Of a DNA stretch of 51,858 bases, positions 36,244 to 43,715 are shown piece by piece. The notes under the pieces are model-generated. The model worked only from the letters and a program-made list of their open reading frames with translations, was not told where the DNA came from and ran no database searches. Source of the DNA: an uncultured Selenomonadales bacterium (lineage in GTDB: Bacteria > Bacillota > Negativicutes > Selenomonadales > Selenomonadaceae); assembly GCA_946543495.1 (NCBI GenBank), contig CAMNLS010000001.1:1-51858 (forward strand), given 5' to 3'. How positions within the stretch are numbered: the stretch's first letter is position 1; every line of letters begins with the position of its first letter. A program made the position numbers and the translations under genes.

Positions 36244-37563
36244 ATGGACATCGTGCCCATATTACTGCAAATGTTTCTCGTGGCGTTCCTGATTGCAATG
36301 AACGGTTTCTTCGTGGCGGCGGAGTTCTGTTGCGTTAAAATGCGTCCGTCGCGATTGGAAACGCTAATCCAAGAGGGCAACACGCGAGCCAAGTACGCAA
36401 AGAAATTAATCGACGAACTAGACGAGGCATTATCAGTCACGCAACTGGGAATAACTTTGGCGTCGCTCGGACTCGGCTGGGTCGGCGAACCATTCGTAGC
36501 AGAACTAATCGCACCTTTGATTCACGCGGCGGGCTTCGGCGAGACTTTGGGGCATACAATCTCGTTCGCGCTTGCCTTTTCCCTGATAACTTCAATGCAC
36601 ATCATCTTAGGCGAGCTGACACCCAAGAGCATGGCAATCGCCGCCTCGGAAAAAATCCTACTCAACATTGCGATACCGATGCTTATCTTCTGGAAGGTCA
36701 TGTATCCGTTCGTGTGGCTACTCAATCGGACGGCAAGCTTTGTAAGTCATCACCTGGGCTTGAGCATATCTGAGGGCGAAGTCGCGCACAACCCGGAAGA
36801 GATTCGCCTGCTCATGAAGGAAAGCCGCAAGCAAGGACTCGTCGACGATACGGAAGTTGATTTCGTGGATAACGTCTTCGACTTCACCGAACGCAACGTC
36901 CGCGAAATCATGGTGCCGCGCCCCGATATGGTTTGCCTTTACCTAAACAAGACTTACGAAGAGAACCTAGCGACGATTCTTGAAGAGGAAATGACACGCT
37001 ACCCGATTTGCGACGAGGACAAGGATCATATCGTCGGCTTCCTGCACATCAAGGACTTGACGAACGTTTTGATTCAGGGCAAGCGCAAACCGAGCTTCAA
37101 GAAGTTAGCGCGGAAAGTTTTCTTCGTGCCGGAGAGCATGGACGTTAGTGTATTGCTGGAGACAATGCAAAAGAACCGTTCGCAGCTGGCAATCGTCGTT
37201 GACGAGTACGGCGGGACGGCTGGCATGGTCACGATTGAAGACATTATCGAGGAGATTGTCGGCGACATTCAAGACGAGTTCGACGAGGAACGCCCCGATG
37301 CCGAGAAACGCGATGATAATCTTTATTCGATTGATGCGAAGATGTTGCTTGAAGAATTGGAAGACGAATTCGGCATTAAAATTGACGAAGAGGACGTTGA
37401 CACGGTTGGCGGCTGGCTCAATGATAAATTGGGCGGCGAACCGCGCGTCGGTCAATCAGCGGCGTTCGAGGGCAATACTTTTTACGTTGAAGAGGTCGAA
37501 GGCTTGAGGATAACTCGCGTGCTGATTCGGCTTGCTAAAAAAATTAAGGAGGACATCACATGA
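36244..37563 (+). CDS. CNNM/CorC/TlyC-family divalent-cation transporter (DUF21 - CBS pair - CorC_HlyC)
   Basis: N-terminal DUF21 TM domain ('NGFFVAAEF'), CBS pair, and C-terminal CorC_HlyC ('VDEYGGTAGMVTIEDIIEEIVGDIQDEFD'). ATG 36244 after GGAGG is preferred over TTG 36238. Confidence 0.85.
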   Translation: MDIVPILLQMFLVAFLIAMNGFFVAAEFCCVKMRPSRLETLIQEGNTRAKYAKKLIDELDEALSVTQLGITLASLGLGWVGEPFVAELIAPLIHAAGFGETLGHTISFALAFSLITSMHIILGELTPKSMAIAASEKILLNIAIPMLIFWKVMYPFVWLLNRTASFVSHHLGLSISEGEVAHNPEEIRLLMKESRKQGLVDDTEVDFVDNVFDFTERNVREIMVPRPDMVCLYLNKTYEENLATILEEEMTRYPICDEDKDHIVGFLHIKDLTNVLIQGKRKPSFKKLARKVFFVPESMDVSVLLETMQKNRSQLAIVVDEYGGTAGMVTIEDIIEEIVGDIQDEFDEERPDAEKRDDNLYSIDAKMLLEELEDEFGIKIDEEDVDTVGGWLNDKLGGEPRVGQSAAFEGNTFYVEEVEGLRITRVLIRLAKKIKEDIT

Positions 37564-37847
37564 ACGACAAAGATTATTTTAACTTCAACGTGCTCAGCAT
37601 GTACGATAAGCGCATGAAAAAGGCGGTAAAGAAAGCTAAAAAGCGCGGAACAATTTCAGCGGCAGAGGCAAAGGAATTGGAGCAAATGAACTTCGCAGAC
37701 TTAACATCTATGTTGGCACTCATGATGGGCGAAGTGGACATGGCACGCGACTTTCAAAAGTTCGGCACGGTAAAAGTTCCAGAGGAGCAGCTTGACGAAT
37801 TAAAACGAAAACAGGAAGAGCAAAGTCCGCAAGGTAAGAACCTATAA
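37560..37847 (+). CDS. Hypothetical small charged protein
   Basis: 95-aa ORF whose ATGA start overlaps the CNNM stop. Lys/Glu-rich; no family recognised. Confidence 0.4.
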   Translation: MNDKDYFNFNVLSMYDKRMKKAVKKAKKRGTISAAEAKELEQMNFADLTSMLALMMGEVDMARDFQKFGTVKVPEEQLDELKRKQEEQSPQGKNL

Positions 37848-37876
37848 AAAAATATCCCCGACTGAACGTCGGAGAT
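37846..37876 (-). terminator. Candidate rho-independent terminator downstream of def (minus strand)
   Basis: Hairpin CCGAC/GTCGG extended by 3 further pairs (37854-37876). On the minus strand it is followed by a TATTTTTTT run (complement of 37845-37853). Confidence 0.45.
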
Positions 37877-37891
37877 TCACTTAGCTGAGGT

Positions 37892-38365
37892 TCATTCCTC
37901 CGTTTTTTTTCTGCCCTGCGTTATGTTCTTAGCAATGTCAATGAATAGTCGCCCGTCAAGGTGGTCAAGCTCGTGTTGAATGCAACGACTAAGCAAGCCT
38001 TCCGCCTCCAAAGTTTTCTTCTTGTTGAAGCGGCTAATGTACTCGACGCGAATTTTTTCCGCACGCTCCACATCGCCGAAAAGATTCGGGCAAGAAAGGC
38101 AACCTTCCTCGCCGACTTTAGAGCCTTCACGATAAACGATGACGGGGTTAATCAAGTCGTAGCGATTCTTCTTGTCCACGTCGACAACGCAAACGCGAAT
38201 TGACTCGCCAACTTGCGGCGCGGCAATTCCAACACCGTCACTCGCGTACATTGTCTCCGCCATGTCGTCTAGGAATCTCCTTAAGCGTTTGTCAATCTTA
38301 TCGACCGGTGCACAAATTTTTTTCAAGACGGGGTCGCCCGCCTTTTTTATTTCAAGCAATGCCAT
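37892..38365 (-). CDS. def: Peptide deformylase
   Basis: 157-aa ORF with 'GIAAPQVG', 'EGCLSCP' and 'HELDHLDG' metal-binding motifs. Confidence 0.95.
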   Translation of the reverse strand: MALLEIKKAGDPVLKKICAPVDKIDKRLRRFLDDMAETMYASDGVGIAAPQVGESIRVCVVDVDKKNRYDLINPVIVYREGSKVGEEGCLSCPNLFGDVERAEKIRVEYISRFNKKKTLEAEGLLSRCIQHELDHLDGRLFIDIAKNITQGRKKTEE

Positions 38366-38427
38366 ATGTCTGCCTCCAAAATTTTTTCTACTTGAACGTT
38401 TCGACGCCGCGTAGATTTTTTCCTACT

Positions 38428-39891
38428 TCAATATCCTTCAAGATGAATCTCCACGTTTGATGATTTGCCAGTGCGTTTGTCGATTGCTTCAAGTTTCATA
38501 AGCCCGCTTTTATCAATCGTCATCGTTAAAAGGGTCTCGTCGCCCTTCCTGCTACCTTCTATCCCGTGAATCTCAATCTCGCCGATGTAGGTTCCGTCTT
38601 CGGGCATATAAACTTCGTCTGTGCATTCCGATTCGTAGACCGCAATATAAGTGCTCGATAAACCGTCGCGAACCTTACTGGAATTTGATTCGCCGCTCGT
38701 CGGCAATTCGTCGCCCTTGTAAATGATATTGTAAATCCGTAGGCGGTTATAATCTTTGTAGCGGCTGAAGTCTTGAATATACCTCGCGCCGTAAGAGAAT
38801 TTGCAGATGTCATGAAGGAAACTTTCTTCCGTCAAGTGTTCGGCATAAATCGCCGCTCCAAACGCAATAGCTTTCTCCGGCTCAAAGATTTTTATCTCGA
38901 TGCCGGGATAATTCTTCTCGAACGCCTTGCGGACTTGCGGCATGTTTGAACTACCGCCGACAAGGACAATGTAATCAATCTTAGTCGAACAGTTCTGCTT
39001 GAGCTTGTCGACCATGCGCATTGTATCCTGCAAAAGCTCGGACGTTATCTTCTCGAACTCCGCGCGCGTTATCTCGAAGTCGTAATCATCGCCGCCGACT
39101 TCAACATATGATTCGTATCGTTCAAGCCGTGACAGCTGATGCTTAGCTTTAATCGCCGCCTTTAAGATTTTATTCTCCGCCCGTGCATTGAACTTTATAG
39201 CGGGTTCTTGCTCGCGACACTTGCGCTTAATCAGCTCGCCAAGAAGTTTATCCCAATCACGCCCGCCAATCCTCAGCATTTCCGAATCAATGACCTTGTA
39301 CCACTCCGAAGAATTTTTATCGGAACGAACAATCGCAACGTCGCACGTACCGCCGCCCAAGTCATATACTAAAATAGTTTTATCGTCCTCACCGGCGGGC
39401 GCATTGAAGTAAGCAATGGCAGCGGCAACTGGTTCGCGAATGAATCCAAGAACTTTCAAGCCGGCTTCCTCCTGCGCGGCGTCGCGAATGAAGTTAAGCT
39501 CGCGAAGTGTAAACGCCGCCGGCACCGAGACAACTGCGCCGTCAATCTCCTGCGACATGAGCTGTTGATATTCAATGCCCTCAAGTGCAACTTGATTAAT
39601 CTCGCGGAAGATGTGCCCGACGATTTTTTTCTTGTCGAAGGTCTTGCCGTCAAGCTGGTAAGTTTTTTGGTTAGGATTGCTAATCTCCATTTTGATATTG
39701 CGAACGATGTTATCCGGGTGACGGTCGCCTTGGTCTTCAGCGGGAATACCAATCAAAATGCCTTGACTGTTGTCGTAGTAGAAAACCGACGGCAGTCCGT
39801 ATTGTCCACTATGCAAGAGCGTTGCGGGGTTTCCATTTATCATCGCGGCGGGCAATGAAAAGCTCGTGCCGAAGTCTATTCCTATCTTCAT
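38428..39891 (-). CDS. Non-canonical Hsp70-family ATPase with truncated substrate-binding domain
   Basis: 487-aa ORF. Actin/Hsp70 NBD motifs 'KIGIDFGTSFS', 'VYDLGGGTCDVAIV', 'IVLVGGSSNMPQVR'. The C-terminal 100 aa or so end in an Hsp70 SBD-beta-like 'LLTMTIDKSGLMKLEAIDKRTGKSSNVEI'. No helical lid and no EEVD. Confidence 0.8.
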   Translation of the reverse strand: MKIGIDFGTSFSLPAAMINGNPATLLHSGQYGLPSVFYYDNSQGILIGIPAEDQGDRHPDNIVRNIKMEISNPNQKTYQLDGKTFDKKKIVGHIFREINQVALEGIEYQQLMSQEIDGAVVSVPAAFTLRELNFIRDAAQEEAGLKVLGFIREPVAAAIAYFNAPAGEDDKTILVYDLGGGTCDVAIVRSDKNSSEWYKVIDSEMLRIGGRDWDKLLGELIKRKCREQEPAIKFNARAENKILKAAIKAKHQLSRLERYESYVEVGGDDYDFEITRAEFEKITSELLQDTMRMVDKLKQNCSTKIDYIVLVGGSSNMPQVRKAFEKNYPGIEIKIFEPEKAIAFGAAIYAEHLTEESFLHDICKFSYGARYIQDFSRYKDYNRLRIYNIIYKGDELPTSGESNSSKVRDGLSSTYIAVYESECTDEVYMPEDGTYIGEIEIHGIEGSRKGDETLLTMTIDKSGLMKLEAIDKRTGKSSNVEIHLEGY

Positions 39892-39897
39892 TGAATG

Positions 39898-40977
39898 TTA
39901 CCTCCCGAAAAAATTTCCAAACCGCGTAGCATTATTCGTTGACTGCGCGGCAGGTTCGACGATTTCAACTTCAGCCTTCCTAAGGACTCGCCCCTTATAA
40001 ATCAAGCCGACGTTCAAAACCTTAGCAACCTTAGCCGAATTCGACGGGCGGACGGTGTTCGTTACCTTGTGCCGCGAAGTGTCAAGCGGAATATCCGTTT
40101 CGTTGATGAGTTCGGCACCGAGCATCGCCAATGACTGTTCCACGTAACGAGCAAAACTTTTGCAACGCTTGATAAGTTTATCGTAGCCCTTTTGCGTATC
40201 GGGTTGCGGGTGACGTTGTGCAGTCTCGTTAATCATGTCGAACAGCTGCACCAGTTGATTTATCGGCTCCTCCAATGTCTTGAAGTCAAGCCCGTCCCGA
40301 ATGTCCGAAATAGTTTTCAGCGTGCCTTGTAAGCGCGGCAACTCGTCTTGCAACGCGAGTTGAACTTTTTTTATCTCGTCGATGATTTTCTCGTCGTCGG
40401 TGCGTCGATTATCGGCGAATGTCTTTAAGCTCTGTAAAAGTTCTTTATCTTGTTCATTGGCTTGCGGCGTTGGAATCGAAACCTCAACGCGCTTCTCAAC
40501 TATTCGTTCGACAGGTACTTCAATCCGTTTCTCAATGATTCGTTCACCGGCACAAAACTTTCCGAGCCCTTCGTCCAATGCAATTAAATTCTTTTGCAAC
40601 GGTTGCAAACCTTCGTTGCTTAGTTGCACGCCGTGAAAGATGCGTTCGGCATTACTTGCAAAGACATTAAGGCACGATTCAAGATTTTCAGCAAGGGCGA
40701 CGTTTAGCCCGTAGACGACAGTGAACAAGTCGAAGCTCGTGTACAGATTGAATGACACTTGCACGGGCTCCAGCGAAAAATTTTTCGTTGGCAAGACTAG
40801 ATTATTGACTCTGCACAGCGTGGATATAAGCGGCGAAGTTTTTTTAGTCGTCAGCTCGTAGAAAGTCATCGTCATTAGTTGAAGATAAAAATTTTTCAGG
40901 ACGGGTACGGCTGCGGCATTCGGATTGTTCTTCGCGAAGGTCAATGCCTCTTTATAAAGTTCAAGGCTGTTAATCAC
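39898..40977 (-). CDS. GrpE-like protein with unknown N-terminal domain and internal RI(I/V)EKR(I/V)EV repeat
   Basis: 359-aa ORF. C-terminal 'LGAELINETDIPLDTSRHKVTNTV....VAKVLNVGLIYKGRVLRKAEVEIV' parallels the GrpE 'G.e.i...G..FDP..HeAv....V.evl.kGY.l.drVlRpA.V.V' pattern. A long helical segment precedes it. The N-terminal 150 aa or so match no family I recognise. Stop lies 6 nt from the Hsp70-like start. Confidence 0.5.
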   Translation of the reverse strand: MINSLELYKEALTFAKNNPNAAAVPVLKNFYLQLMTMTFYELTTKKTSPLISTLCRVNNLVLPTKNFSLEPVQVSFNLYTSFDLFTVVYGLNVALAENLESCLNVFASNAERIFHGVQLSNEGLQPLQKNLIALDEGLGKFCAGERIIEKRIEVPVERIVEKRVEVSIPTPQANEQDKELLQSLKTFADNRRTDDEKIIDEIKKVQLALQDELPRLQGTLKTISDIRDGLDFKTLEEPINQLVQLFDMINETAQRHPQPDTQKGYDKLIKRCKSFARYVEQSLAMLGAELINETDIPLDTSRHKVTNTVRPSNSAKVAKVLNVGLIYKGRVLRKAEVEIVEPAAQSTNNATRFGNFFGR

Positions 40978-40994
40978 GATTTGTTCCTCCTTTC

Positions 40995-42068
40995 CTATTG
41001 TAAGAGTGAACGATATTTTTCTCGAAGTCTGGTAGCTTCTTCAGCAATTTTTTTCAGCGTGGCGTTCGATGACTCAATCATTTTCTTATTTTCTATGGAT
41101 AGCCTTTCTTTTGTTTCTTGAAGTAATTTAGCAGGTGTAATCACGGTGGGTGCGGCGGGTTCCTCTTCGACAGGCGCGGGTGGTTGTTCTTTGGTTTGCT
41201 TGAGTAAATTTAAATCGTTCGTCACGAGATACGCCAAAGAAATATCGTCGTTGCTACCGTGCTCGGTCATATAGGGCAACAGTTCATTGCGCAACGCCTC
41301 GCGCGTCTTCTCAAAGCCGCTATTAATCATGCTATCAATCACGGTGCTGGCGTAGAGCTTGTAAAGGTACTTCGCGTTGTCGCCAATCGGATAGCAATCG
41401 TCTAGACCGTCGGTGCTAAGGAAAATCGCGACGGGCGCAAGCGGCGAATCCTCCGCGCAATCCAAGACGACGTGACGAAACTTTTTATAGCCGTCAACGT
41501 CACAAAGCGAAGTCGTCACGTATCCAAAGCTATCACTGTCGGGCGGCACGGGCACTTTAAATTCTCCGTTCTTCTGCAACACAACACAGCTTCCGTCGCC
41601 GATTTGAACAATCAACACTTGCCAGCCGATTGACACCGCGCAGATTAAAGTTGTGCCGTAAGCCACAGGGATATATTGTTCGTCGGTAGTGAATCGCGCC
41701 TTGTATTTGTCGCTGACGTTTTGCCAACGCGGCTCATCATCGCGGACGGGATTTTTTATCCAATCGGCTTTGACTGCTTCGCGCCACGCCTCCCACAATT
41801 TGAGTTCAAAATTTATGATGCTACTGTCTGAAAAAGTTTCGCCCGCTGAAATGCCATCGCAAAAAATTTTTATCTGTTCAAAGGCAATTTCAACTGCAAG
41901 TCGTGCGCCCGTGTCAGAGCGGAAATAATCTTTGCCGCCATGACCATCAGCAATGGCAATCGCTTGCACGCCGTCGAACTCCAGCACTTGAGCAAAGTCC
42001 TGGCAGGGTAAGCCGCGTTCACGATACTTTTTCCCGTGAACGGACGCGGCGAACGTGCTGAATCTCAT
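40995..42068 (-). CDS. PP2C-family Ser/Thr protein phosphatase with coiled-coil C-tail
   Basis: 357-aa ORF. 'CQDF', 'AIADGHGG', 'FLSTDGLDD' and 'GSNDDISLAYL' metal-binding Asp motifs. Pro-rich linker, then a helical tail. Confidence 0.8.
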   Translation of the reverse strand: MRFSTFAASVHGKKYRERGLPCQDFAQVLEFDGVQAIAIADGHGGKDYFRSDTGARLAVEIAFEQIKIFCDGISAGETFSDSSIINFELKLWEAWREAVKADWIKNPVRDDEPRWQNVSDKYKARFTTDEQYIPVAYGTTLICAVSIGWQVLIVQIGDGSCVVLQKNGEFKVPVPPDSDSFGYVTTSLCDVDGYKKFRHVVLDCAEDSPLAPVAIFLSTDGLDDCYPIGDNAKYLYKLYASTVIDSMINSGFEKTREALRNELLPYMTEHGSNDDISLAYLVTNDLNLLKQTKEQPPAPVEEEPAAPTVITPAKLLQETKERLSIENKKMIESSNATLKKIAEEATRLREKYRSLLQ

Positions 42069-42084
42069 TTGACCTCACGCCCCT

Positions 42085-42876
42085 TTACCATTCCTCATCG
42101 TCAAAGACCTGGCTTGTGTGAACTGGATTGATTGCGCGTGAAGAAACATTCCCGATGATTTGAAGAATAGTCTTTAGCTCTTCAGCCGTAAGCCCTCTGT
42201 ATTTCCTTGCCGCCGATGAAAACTCCGCAACGAAATTAATCGCCTCTTCCATTTCACGGATATTCAATCGCCGCTCGGATTTACTTTTCTCCGGCGAATA
42301 ACTTATGTGTTTGATAATTTCCTCTGGATTTAAAGTGTGCAGGATTATGCCTTCCTTGCCGACGAACTCGCGCAGAACATCATCATTTGCCGCACCATAG
42401 CCAACCGCCACACGCGAAGCTATCTTGTACCAGATATTTTTCCTGAGTTCAGCCAAAGCAGATTTATAGTCGTCAGTCGGCTCGCCGTCCATAAAGAGAA
42501 TCAAAAGCGGCGATATGAATTTCGAGGCGGGATTAAGAAAGCCGCTCTCGTCAGAAAGTTTTTCGTTCAAGGCACTCAAAGCCGTGCCCATAGATGTAAT
42601 TCCGCCCGCTTCCAAATCATTCCAAGAGTTCTGCACGTCTTCGGGCTTAAGCAATTCCTCGCCGCCGACAACCCATTTAGCTTCGTTGCTGAACGTCATA
42701 ATCGCCACTCGGATTTCAACGTTAGGATTTGAATCGTTCTTGGCAATCAATTCGGACATAAAATTTTCAATCGCGCTGTTTAGGGCACCAATCGGCGCAC
42801 CCACCATGCTCCCCGACGTGTCTAGCAAAAAGATTACGGGGCAAACCTTGCGCGGCATCTTATCAAACATACTCAT
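42085..42876 (-). CDS. TerY-like von Willebrand factor A (vWA) protein, copy 2, ends in DDEEW
   Basis: MIDAS 'FLLDTSGSM', 'GGITSMG', 'LFMDGEPTD'. About 65% identical by eye to copy 1 over the vWA core. Start set at ATG 42876 (GGGGAG upstream). Confidence 0.85.
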   Translation of the reverse strand: MSMFDKMPRKVCPVIFLLDTSGSMVGAPIGALNSAIENFMSELIAKNDSNPNVEIRVAIMTFSNEAKWVVGGEELLKPEDVQNSWNDLEAGGITSMGTALSALNEKLSDESGFLNPASKFISPLLILFMDGEPTDDYKSALAELRKNIWYKIASRVAVGYGAANDDVLREFVGKEGIILHTLNPEEIIKHISYSPEKSKSERRLNIREMEEAINFVAEFSSAARKYRGLTAEELKTILQIIGNVSSRAINPVHTSQVFDDEEW

Positions 42877-42910
42877 AAAAATTTCTCCCCCGTCCTTTGA
42901 TAGCAAGCTT

Positions 42911-42944
42911 AGAAAAATCCCCTGAAAGACTTTTCAAGGGATTG
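42911..42944 (-). terminator. Intra-operon rho-independent terminator/attenuator hairpin between the two vWA genes
   Basis: Perfect 8-bp stem AATCCCCT/AGGGGATT (42916-42923 and 42937-42944) with a 13-nt loop. On the minus strand it is followed by TTTTTCT. Confidence 0.55.
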
Positions 42945-42970
42945 TGTCTTATTCAAGCTCAGCAAAAGAT

Positions 42971-43702
42971 TTACCATTCCTCGTCCGCCGTGGCAAGTGA
43001 GCCGCCTTGATTCTGAAGAGCTTCGGCAGTCTTTTGCGTGTTGTCATCGGGATTAACGTTGCCCGTGTTGTCTACGCTACTACCTTGACTTGCTACACGC
43101 GACGACGTGACGGCGATAAATCTAATCATATTCCGCAACTCTTTAGCGTCGTTAGTGTGAATGACCGTTTCGGCGTTGCCCGTGAATTCGCGCAGGACAT
43201 CATCATTTGAATCGCCATAGCCGACCGCCACACGCGCCGCAACCTTATACCAGTTGTTATTCTTCAAGCGTTGCAAGCCGTCTTGATAATCGTCAGTGGG
43301 TTCGCCGTCCGATAAGAGGAACAACACTGGCGCAACCGAGCCGGAGGCGTGTTTCATGAAGCCATGAGAGACGGAAAGTTTATCGTTCAAAGCGCGGAAC
43401 GCCTCGCCCATAGACGTGGGACCGCCCGCGTTTAAATCGTTCCAAGAGTTCTGCACGTCTTCAGGCGATAGCAACTCATTGCCGCCGACAATCCAATCTG
43501 CGTCGAAACTGAACGTCATTATCGCGACTTTAATCTCGTTGTCGGGATTGGAATCGTTCATTGAAATAAGTTCGGGCAAGACATTTTCAATCGCACTGTT
43601 GACGGCTCCAATCGGCGCACCTGTCATGCTCCCAGACGTGTCCAGCAAAAAAATCACGGGGCACATCTTACGCGGCATTTCCAGTTTATCGAGCATTCCC
43701 AT
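42971..43702 (-). CDS. TerY-like vWA protein, copy 1, ends in ADEEW
   Basis: 243-aa ORF. MIDAS 'FLLDTSGSM', 'GGPTSMG', 'LLSDGEPTD'. Lies 13 nt downstream of the kinase stop. Confidence 0.85.
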   Translation of the reverse strand: MGMLDKLEMPRKMCPVIFLLDTSGSMTGAPIGAVNSAIENVLPELISMNDSNPDNEIKVAIMTFSFDADWIVGGNELLSPEDVQNSWNDLNAGGPTSMGEAFRALNDKLSVSHGFMKHASGSVAPVLFLLSDGEPTDDYQDGLQRLKNNNWYKVAARVAVGYGDSNDDVLREFTGNAETVIHTNDAKELRNMIRFIAVTSSRVASQGSSVDNTGNVNPDDNTQKTAEALQNQGGSLATADEEW

Positions 43703-43715
43703 TTAAAATTCCTCC

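Noticed and set aside
36048-36440. A 130-aa minus-strand ORF spanning the yggS/CNNM intergenic region.
   Set aside because: It overlaps the CNNM promoter, leader and first 65 codons or so on the opposite strand. It is Ser-rich and low-complexity, with no RBS or family resemblance.
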